Of a stretch of DNA of 64,000 nt, positions 9,958 to 19,932 are shown one piece after another. Position numbers and translations under genes: made by a program. Each line of letters starts with the position of its first letter. Positions within the stretch are counted from its first letter, which is position 1. The notes under the pieces are model-generated. The model ran no database searches and was not told the origin of the DNA. It was given only the letters and a program-made list of their open reading frames with translations. This stretch comes from Phyllobates terribilis. Lineage: Eukaryota. The DNA lies in contig NW_027362771.1 of assembly GCF_046119375.1 (NCBI RefSeq), positions 344,286,001-344,350,000 on the forward strand, given 5' to 3'.

Positions 9958-11411
9958 TTAGGGTTTGTTGTCATGAGAGTTTGATATTGCTTTTCATAGA
10001 ACGCCCCCGGAAGAAGTTAGTGGCGAAATGCGCGTTAGGGTTTGGGGATTCTGCGCTCATCCTTCCTGACCTCTCCTGCCTTTTTGCACCCATCTTCCAT
10101 ACAGGTATAATTTCAAGGGTTTACCTTATATGTGGGTTATCATTATATACCTTTGGTACATGAACATTTGAAGTCATTACTAGTAGATAGGTCCACATAC
10201 CTGGATTTGTTAAAGTTACATCTGTATCCACATGCAAAGGTTTTTTGCTCTCCACCTGGCTTGATGTTGGTAGTGTTGGCTTATATTATTATTATTATAG
10301 CGCCATTTATTCCATGGCGCTTTACATGTGATAGGGATGTACATAGCAAAAACATTTGCATAACAATACGAGTCAGCGACGGGTACAGGAGGAGAGAGGA
10401 CCCTGCCCGCGAGGGCTCACAGTCTACAAGGGATGGGTGAGGATACAGTAAGTGGGGGTAGAGGAGGTCATGCAGTAATGTGGTGGGGCGGTGGTTACTG
10501 TAGGTTGTAGGCTTGTCGGAAGAGGTAGGTCTTCAGGTTTCTTTTGAAGGCTTTCACGGTAGGCGAGAGTCTGATGTGTTGGGGTAGAGAGTTCCAGAGT
10601 AGGGGGGATGTGCGGGAGAAATCTTGTATGCGATTGTGGGAAGAGGAGATAAGAGGGGAGTAGAGAAGGAGATCTTGTGAGGATCGGAGGTTGCGTGCAG
10701 GTAAGTACCGGGAGACTAGGTCACAGATGTATGGAGGAGACAGGTTGTGGATTGTAGCATCGGCGTCTCTGCCCCCTGACAGGCAGAGACGCCGTCCCCC
10801 TTACCGCCACGCTCCTGGCCCTGCGTCTTCTGGCCCTCCTGCTGCTGCCGGCACGCGCAGCTTCCCGAGCACTGTGCGTAGGACGCGCACGCTCCCTCCC
10901 TCTTAAAGGGGCCGCGCGCCGTCCTAAGGAGTCCCCGGCCAATGGCCGGAGGACCTCTCATATAAAAGGCACCTCCTCCAAAATGGAGGTGCCCGTGGAA
11001 GGTTGTAGCTCTGTGTTCTAAACTCTGCTTCAGCCCTCAGGTCCCGCTGCTAGTCTGACTACCAGTCCAGTCCGCCAACCTGACTACCAGCCCAGTCCGC
11101 CAGCCTGACTACCAGTCCAGTCCGCCAGCCTACCTGTGTCCGCCAGCCAAGTACACTCTCCAGCCCGACGGTCTGCCTACGGTCCTAACCCGCCAGTCTG
11201 TCTATGGGCCAGACTTGCCTGCCTACCCGGAGAACGTACCAGTTACCTGCCATGTCTACCAGCCAGCCTACCTGGAGGCTTCTGCCAGTTACCCGTGGTG
11301 TCTGCCAGTCCGTCTTCCCGGATCACCCGTCAGCCTGCCTGCCGTGCTCATCTGCTATACCGGTCAGTCCCTGCCTTCTGACCCGTGGGAGTCACCTGCT
11401 CCCATACAAGG

Positions 11412-13184
11412 TGTAATGCACACGCCCGGGCTGAGCGGCGTGTGCGTGTGATTCCACTGGACCGTGCCGGAGAGTGAATGCCTGCAGGGGCGTAACTAGG
11501 TATTCACCCGATCCAACCAGGGTCGCACGACGGCATACGACGCCAGTGCACCAAGGAGGAACCGAGCAGAGGGACCAGGTGCTACTCCAGGACAGACCCC
11601 GGACACAGCTGTTGACCCACACAGGGGAATACAGGAACAGACTGGTTAGGCTGGCACACAGACTGGCGGTATAGGCAGGCACGACTGGTATGCAGGCAGG
11701 CGGGTATGCAGGCAGGGGGGTACAGGCAAGCACGGCTAGAGTGCAGACAGGGAGGCACTAGCAGGTAGGGACACAGGCGGGATAGGTCCCAGTACACACT
11801 GGGACTCAGGAACAGAACCACAGATGTGGCGGACAAACACAGCAGAGTAAGGCCGCCCAGAGAGGTGAGCGAGAGCAGGGCAAGAAGAGACCGCCTGGAG
11901 CGGTGAGCGAGAGTAGAGCAGGACGAGGCCGCCTGGAGCGGTGAGCTAGAGTAGAGCAGGACGAGGCTGCCTGGAGCGGTGAGCGAGAGTAGAGCAGGAC
12001 GAGGCCGCCTGGAGCGGTGAGCGAGAGTAGAGCAGGACGAGGCCGCCTGGAGCGGTGAGCGAGAGTAGAGCAGGACGAGGCCGCCTGGAGCGGTGAGCAA
12101 GAGTAGAGCAGGACGAGGCCACCTGGAGCGGTGAGCAAGAGTAGAGCAGGACGAGACCGCCTGGAGCAGTGAGCAAGAGTAGAGCAGGACGAGGCCGCCT
12201 GGAGCGGTGAGCAAGAGTAGTCAGAGCAGAGCGAGACTGCCGGAGCAGTGAGCAAAGGGTCAGAGTGGAGCAAGACTGCCGGAGCAGTGAGCAAAGGGTC
12301 AGAGCGGAGCGAGACTGCCGGAGCAGTGAGCAAAGGCAGAGCAGGCTAGAACCGCCGGAGCGGTGAGCAAGGCAGAGCAGGCTAGAACCGCCGGAGCGGT
12401 GAGCAAGGCAGAGCAGGCTAGAACTGCCGGAGTGGTGAGCAAGGCAGAGCAGGGGGGACAGGGCTCTGTTCACACGGAACAGACAGGAAGGGAAAGGCAG
12501 AACCAGATACCCACAGGGTACTTGCAGTGAAGTAGCGAGTGGACCACAAACTCACAAACGGAAGTACAGTGACAACGAGCAGGAGTTAGGTACGAGTTCA
12601 GACTCTGCAGAAAAAGGAAAGGTACAGACACAGGAAACAGGCTAGAAGAGTATACAGACAAGAACAGACACAGTAGCAAGATACAGGAGCAGGTCTAGGT
12701 ATGCGGCCCCTAGAAGGCGGGAGGAACAGGCTAGGAGCGTGTTCAGACAGGACAGACAAGATACAGGAGCGGGTCTAGGTATGCGGCCCCTAGAAGGTGG
12801 AACGAACAGGCAAGGAGCGTGTTCAGACAGGCCTGGAAATACAGCCTCCAGGAAGGGCAGGCAAGCAAACACAGAAGGGGACCTGGCACATTCAGAGTGA
12901 GAGAGCACACTGAATGAAACACAATGCTCAGGCAGGGATTCATTGGAGCAGCTGGGTTAAATACCAGGTGACAGACAGCAATAGGCTGAGGACGCACAAG
13001 GGGTGTGCCCGCAGCAGGTACAAGAAGCAGGAAGTCATCGGGCGCCGCCCTTAAGCAGCAGACACAGAGGTAAACAGACAGCATGGAGGGAAGCCAGACT
13101 AGCAGACTGGACTGGAGATCAAGTGCGCGCTCTTGCACAGTGGGAGATGGACCACTATGCAAGGACGCCGCCAGGTATGTTACA
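11412..13184 (-). mobile_element. Solo LTR of a second Gypsy family with 38-, 39- and 36-bp tandem arrays
   Basis: TGTAA...TTACA ends; TSD CAAGG at 11407-11411 and 13185-13189; TATA-like TATTTAA on the - strand at 12963-12957. Confidence 0.9.
11866..12220. repeat. 38-bp minisatellite (~9 copies) inside the LTR
   Basis: GTGAG anchor recurs at 11941, 11979, 12017 and onward. Confidence 0.9.
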
Positions 13185-13345
13185 CAAGGACTGGTCCAGA
13201 GTAGCACCTGGTCCCTCCGCTTGGTCCTTCCCTGGTTCACGGAGTCGATTGAGCCACCGTGCGACCTTGGTCAGTCCGAGTTGATACCTAGTTACGCCCC
13301 TCTGGTCCCTCCTTGCACCACAGCACAGAGGTTCCACCACCCGGA

Positions 13346-13970
13346 TGTCACGCTGTCTCTGTATACTGGAGGTAGGGGGCCTAAGCTGACCCTAAGCTGG
13401 GGCCCTGACTAATCCCTCAACCTGGAGGTACTGTTAAAGGTACAGAGGTCCAGGCCGCCAGCGTAACCCCTACCTCCTGAGGATCCCTGCACCTAAGTAA
13501 TCTAGTCCTGAGAAGGACCCCGATCACAACAAAAGAGGACAAGTAATAATATGCCCACACACAGTACTTAGACGAACGAGACAGTACAAGGGAAAAACCA
13601 AAACCACCTTGCATACAAAAACTACACAACTACAACAGAGGGAACACCAACGGGAAAGGAGATAAATGATAAAGCGAGGAAGGGAAAAAACACTCCAAAT
13701 ACACTTATCTCAGAAACTCCAAATACCACGATCCGCTCTGTAAGTCTGTATGAAATGCTTTCACCGACACTTCCCAAACAGACCAGCAGGCATTTGAAGG
13801 AGACTCACTACAGCAGCATTGATTGCAGCTGGGCGAGGCTGGACCTCGTCTAGCACAGAGAGAGAGAGAATTAACTCCCTCACTGCCGAAAACACAAAGC
13901 ACCAAAAAGTCAGCTGCGAGAAGTCAGGCTGTGTAATCGTGACGATCTTCGTGGCGACACACCCGTGACA
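13346..13970. mobile_element. Solo LTR of a third family (625 bp)
   Basis: TGTCACG...CGTGACA ends; TSD CCGGA at 13341-13345 and 13971-13975. Confidence 0.9.
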
Positions 13971-15859
13971 CCGGATCCGTAACATGGATGGCTTTGTATA
14001 GTTAGGGTTTTGAACTGGAGTCTCTGAGCAATGGGGAGCCAGTGAAGAGATTGACAGAGGGGAGAGGCTGGGGAATAGCGGGGGGACAGGTGGATTAGTT
14101 GAGCAGCAGAGTTTAGGATAGATTGGAGGGGCGCGAGAGTGATGGAAGGGAGGCCACAAGGCAGGAGGTTGCAGTAGTCAAGGCAGGAGATGATGAGGGC
14201 ATGCACTAGTGTTTTTGCAGAGTCTTTGCTGAGGAATGCACGGATCCGGGAGATAATTTTTGAGTTGGAGTCGGCAGGAAGTGGAAAGAGCTTGGATATA
14301 TGGTTTAAAGGAGAGATCAGAGTCCAGGGTTACCCCAAGGGAGCGAGCTTGTGGGACTGAGGAGAGTGAACAGCCATTGACGTTGATGGATAGGTCAGAT
14401 GGGGGATATGAATGAGAGGGTGGAAAGATGATGAACTCTGTTTTATCCATGTTAAGTTTTAGAAATCTGGCAGAGAAGAAGGATGAGATGGTGGACAGAC
14501 ATTGTTGGATTTTGGTTAGTAGGGAGGAGATATCGGGTCCAGAGAGGTAGATCTGTGTGTCATCAGCATAGAGGTGATACTGAAAACCATGAGATTCTAT
14601 GAGCTGTCCCAGGCCAAAGGTGTAGATGGAGAAGAGCAGAGGTCCTAGAACTGAGCCTTGGGGGACACCGACAAGTAGGGGGCGAGATGAGGAGGTGGTG
14701 CGTGAGTGGGAGACACTGAATCTCCTGTCTGTTAGGTATGAGGAGATCCAAGATAGAGCCAAGTCTGTGACACCAAGAGATGAGAGAATCTGTAGTAAGA
14801 GGGAATGGTCCACTGTGTCGAAGGCAGATGACAGGTCCAGAAGGAGGAGGATGGAGTAGTGTCGCTTGGATTTGGCTGTTAGTAGGTCGTTGGTGACTTT
14901 GGTCAGGGCACTTATATGCATTTGATTCTCTAGATACCATATATTCTCTATTTTTTACCTCTTGAAATATACAAGACAGGATTTGCTTGTCAGTATATAC
15001 TGCTTGATTTAAATTCTCTTTTTTTCCTTTGTTGATACTACTCCGTTTTTCTTTATATTTAAAGTTATAGGGATACTAACGATATGGGCTTTATGTGATT
15101 TATCACATGGGGAGTCACTTGACTTTGTCTAAAAGGCACCTCATACTCATATTTTGATTATCACACTTCTATCACAGTAGCAGTAAATTAACTTATCCGT
15201 TGGGATACAGTGGCGTCCCCTATACTAGGCACTGTGATTTTTAATGATATGTTTTTATATTGTTCGCTAATAAAGATTGATGGATTTTAATTATAATGGT
15301 TCTCTTCTTTGCTCTGGATGATCATTTTTAGCCAGAGTATGTGTTGGATTTATTGCCATTAACCCTATTGTTTGGAGATTGTTTTAATAGGATGTGTCTA
15401 TATGGCTATCTGTTTAATAGGGAGGGGCTTACGCCTATGTATAGGGCATATGTGAAAAGGTTGCAAAAGTTTTTTTTTTTTTCCAGATAACATTAAAGTC
15501 AGTGGCTGACATATACAACTGTATTGATGTATCAGAAGCCTGGAAGAAAAAGAAACCTAGAACACCTTCCTACCGTCCTGGATTCAGTGGGACATGTCTA
15601 AATTTGGGGCGCTGTCTCAGGAGGTTAGGGCTATGTCCTGACTTCAACTTCAAGAGGCTGAGATGTGGATGAGACTTAGGCCACCTTATGGCTGCAGCCC
15701 CCCACAGTCCAACTAGCACTGAATTCATTACCAGGGGCTTCTAGTGCCGGACATGAGGCATGATGGGTGTAATAAGCAGCATTTAGGAAACTGCAGTTTC
15801 CCTGTAGTACCCTAGCAGTAACACGAGGTGGCACTGCACTATTAGAGCATTCGTTTGCT

Positions 15860-16720
15860 CTGTTTCCGCATAGCAACTATGGAAGCGGTCGCTATGGGAA
15901 GGGTCGAACGTTTAGGAGTTCTGACGCGGAAATACGCAGTGCGTGCAGTAAACAGCGTCGCCATTTTTAGTGCTGGCAGCCCACTCAGCAACTAAAGCAA
16001 ATGCACATTTCTAGGCGCATGTTGTCAGCTCTGCTGCCTATACAGGGCTGTGAGTAGGAGACGTTACCAATAAGCCGTATTCAGTGTACGGACACAGAGG
16101 TGAGGAGCGCAGACAGGCTCCTCACACAACGTGCGTATCACACAGGAGCGCCCACACCCAAGGAGCCACTGACCAGCGGAGCGGATCGCGTGACGTCACG
16201 CGTCTCCCCATGTGACCACGCCCCTTTCCTTGTTGTGCGGGCGGTAGGGCGGAGCTGGTAGCGGAGTTTCCGGTTCGGCCCCGTTGTGAGTGAGGAAAGA
16301 AACCGGGACACCGGGGCGGAGCGAGTAACCGGAAACAACGGAGTTTGGGATTGTGTTCAGGCACCTGTCTAGTTAGCAGCTTCCGGGACCATTGGCTGCT
16401 GTAGGATGTTGTAGTCCGGGCATCCGCCACCGCCCTGTGTGCTGGAGACGGACAGAGCCAGGAAGTGCGGGGCCAGCGGCGGTGTGGGAGGTCCGGGCTC
16501 TGACTGCGGACATCTATGAGAGCTGCACGGGGGTCTGCAGCTGGCCGGACATAGCAGACAGCCCAGCCATTGTCCCCGGACACTCCCCATCCAGCCCTGT
16601 ACCGACACCGCAGGAGACGAGGTGAGCGCTCGCTGCCAGCCGCCCAGCACCCTCCATGCCAGCCGCCATCTGCGCCATTGTCTGTCATCCGGAGGTGGAG
16701 GGGCAGCGGCTGTCACCTGT
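15860..16720 (+). promoter_or_regulatory. CpG-rich, TATA-less promoter of csnk1g1
   Basis: High CpG density; CRE 16191-16198; GC boxes 16239-16252 and 16313-16320; ETS-type CCGGAA/GGAAGT motifs at 16268, 16329, 16380 and 16459; reverse CCAAT 16391-16395; ACTACA-type motif on the - strand near 16410. Confidence 0.8.
16400..16621 (+). other. csnk1g1: Putative non-coding exon 1 of csnk1g1 (start approximate)
   Basis: Donor GAG|GTGAGC at 16621/16622 inside the CpG island; no other promoter-like island is visible before exon 2. Confidence 0.65.
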
Positions 16721-19601
16721 GGGCATCACAGCCTGGGTCAGTGGGTACCCCACATGTGATCCCTAATATTATGCTAGTTACCTGCAGTCATCTCTGGTCA
16801 TGCCAGGTTTAATACTGCATCACAACCTAGATAACCCGGTTGCCCCATATGCGATTCCTTAAATTACACTGTTCAACTTCTGTCACCTCTGGTCACACAG
16901 GGGGATAAGGGTACATCACAGCCTGGATAACATTGTTACCACATGTGATCCCTAATAATACACAGGTCAGATACTCCTACCACTACAGGGAGTCCTGCAC
17001 TTTTGGCTGCTGCATTATGAGTTTCTTCCAGAGTTTGGTTATATGGCCAGATCTGTAAACCATAGGAATCCCAGTGTATGGACCATCATTAGTTTCTGTA
17101 CCAGGGAGCTCAGGACTGGCTGCAGGTATAGGGGCCGTGCTTCCTAGGAATCAGGGGTACGCTGCATCATCAACACCTCTCACTTTTGCAATAGGAAAGG
17201 ATCAAAGATAAACTGCAAAGCAGAAAAGTGATGTGGACAAGGACCAGAATACAGATTGCGTTACTTGCCCCTACAACAACCTTCTTCTGCAGGGATGGCA
17301 GTGGGATGCGTGCTTTTTTCAGGAGTTCTGCTGTAATGTTAGGGTTGGGTCCAGTACCTACATAAGAACTTGCCTGTGGTATAAATATACATTGTGGGGA
17401 GCTTTATATTGATGTTGCATTGGGCATAGGATGTTCAGGTTATGATTCTGGCTTGGGGTGATCACCCGTGTATGTCCCTCTAGATAGTGACATTCAGTTT
17501 CAGTACATGAAATGTCAGGATTTCAATATTTATTTTTTTAACAAAACAGATGAACCAAGTTTTTCAAGTTGTTGGTTGAGTTTATAATTTTTGCTGTACT
17601 GTCCTTGGGCTGTTACATACCAGCCATGCATGCAAATAATGGATGACCTCAGCGATTCTCCATCATGCCGTGTGATCATCTGTCCGCTGGCACTGAGGTC
17701 CTCCAGATCATGTAGATGATGAGCGATGGTTGCTACAGTCCTATATTTTCCACCTTCTGGAGGAGTCTGTAGTCTGGCTATGCCCTGCCCTCCTGATTCC
17801 CAGCTGAAGATTTAAAGAGGCATCATCTTACAACCTCTAGGACCCTCAGGATCCTGAGAGTGAAGGCACAGCAGTGCTGAATCATCAAGTGTTGACATAT
17901 CCTATCAATATGCCATCACTTTATGAGACGGTAATACTCCTTTATGTGCTGTCTACAAGCAGTTTATAGACAAGATTGCTTGCTGCCTTCGGAACAGTAT
18001 TCCTGCCCTATTCTTATAGCCAGAGGGGAGAGCTGCTGCAGAAAGGAAGCTCTCCCTCTGTAGGATTCAATGCCACCAGTTATTACCTGGTCACCCACTG
18101 ACTTTAGTACAGCACAATTTGCTGCTACCAAGGTGTAGGCATTGACTTTTTTTGCAATGCAGCATCTGCAGATATAGACCCTTTATTGTGGGAATAAAGG
18201 AAAGTGGTGGCATACATTAGTGGTATGTGTTCTTGTTATACCATAGGGCATGGCAGTATTCTGGTCAGTATTTGTAAGAAAAAAAATAGCTTCAAAACAC
18301 CAGTGCTTCCATTGTAGTCTCTCTCTGTAGGTCCACCCCCAGCTTTGGCTTACTGAAGCACATTGCTGATCAAATCTCAAAAGTGACCGAACGTGTTTTT
18401 CCATGAAGCTATTATATTGTGTATGGATATAAGACGTAAATGAGTGATCGGCTGTGGTCAGATGGTTAGTACATCTGCAGATACAGGAGAGCATGTTACT
18501 CGAGACTATGATTTTTCACTTTGCATTTTGTGCATCTGGATGTGGTGTATTCAGACCGGGCTTGTCGGCCAACGTCATAGAGAACATGTACACCTACATC
18601 CATCTGTGCTGGACATTTCTGTCCATTCTTGGTGGATACCAATGGAGCGTCTTACTCTCCTTTTTGTTTGGGAAGCTGACACATTTATTATAAGTGTCAT
18701 CTGGAATTTGAGTATTGGTGGCTTATACTTGGATTAATATACAGTAGGTAGCAGTTGTACCTGCTATTATAGCTTAGCCCCTTCACTTAAAATGGATGAA
18801 GCTGTAATACCAGGAACACACGATAAAAGTACAAAACTGTGGCTGGTGAGCTTTGAAGTGAACACCCTCTCTGGAGAAATGGGGTGCCCAGGGTCGCACC
18901 CCCTACTGATGTAATAATGACCCATCCTATGGATAAGTCCTAGATACCCCCTGTGATGTGTTCACGTACTAGACATATCAATGCAAGAAATGGCTTGTCT
19001 GGATTAGCCCTAAGGGCTAGTTCGGATGAGAACTTAAGCTGTCTTGAGCAGCAGCATGCTTACACAGGGATCCCGAGGAACATATTAGCTCACACTTTAG
19101 AGTAGATGAAAAGCAATAGGTTCATGGATCCCTGCTGTTCTTTATATTAATATGTTTACCAGCAGTGCCATTGTCAGCATGTTCCCTTCCAATATATCTA
19201 ATGGACGGAGTCCATAATATCAATATATTGTTGTATTTAGCCCGCTGCAAGATGGGAAGTGGAGTCTGCTTCTATGGTTTCCTATAATTTTATCGCTTTT
19301 CATTTTAGATCTCTGCTTGCTGTCATTTAATCACTTACTCCCAGTGAGTATAGATCTGTCCTGGTCATATCATATTATCAGTTCTGCATCTGGGTCTCCT
19401 CCAGGTATTTTAGAGAATTGTACAATGTTTCTTTGTACCAAAAGGAATATGTATTTTTTGTAAATTGAATACTCCTGTAAAGAGGACATTTCACCAGTTT
19501 GAGCATGTGGCGGTGGAGCTGAGTAAAACATTTTTTTTGTTTTTTAATTTTTCTCTTCCATTGCAGAAATATTAGCTTGTAAAGTTTAAAATTTATTTTA
19601 G

Positions 19602-19932
19602 AGAGACTGTCCCCTACTCTGACAACTCCTTCTCAATCACTGTCTACCCCAAGTAAAAAATTAACAGCCACAAATGAGACATCCAGAGGAAGTGAGAGCA
19701 GCTGCCGTTCTCACTCCCTACGGGTGTCAGTTACGTCCAAAGGAGGGGAAAGATGGAGCTGCTGCTGATGGGCTGCAGGGATCGCATGACATAATGTCAC
19801 GTGAGCCTCAGGAGAGCCAGTGCCGACAAAGCTGGAACGTCGCCGCCACTGGAGATGAGTATAGGTGTTATTATTTTACTTGGGGGAAACCTAATGATTG
19901 AGAAGGGGTTGTCCGAGTAGGGGACAGTCCCT
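19602..19932. mobile_element. Kolobok/T2-type MITE
   Basis: ~35-bp TIRs AG(A/G)GACTGTCCCCTACTC(T/G)GACAAC; TTAA-like flanks (TTAG / TTAA). Confidence 0.6.

Larger units (their letters stand above)
10753..13984 (+). mobile_element. Solo LTR, sister subfamily of the 647/3291 LTR, split by two nested LTRs
   Basis: TGTAG...TAACA ends; TSD TGGAT at 10748-10752 and 13985-13989; same U3/TATA/hairpin module at 10961-10995. Confidence 0.9.
10287..14910 (-). mobile_element. 5'-truncated L2 (CR1/L2 group) LINE interrupted by LTRs
   Basis: RT remnants ([34 protein letters not shown]; 14178-14921); 3' stem-loop and (TAA)n tail at ~10287-10321; 7-bp TSD CTTATAT at 10280-10286 and 14911-14917. Confidence 0.92.

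Noticed and set aside
11412-12473. Tandem arrays as CRISPR-like repeats
   Set aside because: There are no unique spacers, the context is eukaryotic, and the arrays lie within LTRs.
16122-16812. Several GC-rich ORFs over the promoter
   Set aside because: These are the expected stop-poor frames of a CpG island, with no recognisable protein.
18444-18737. Two overlapping ORFs in intron 1
   Set aside because: No homology was recognised and no convincing splice sites are present.
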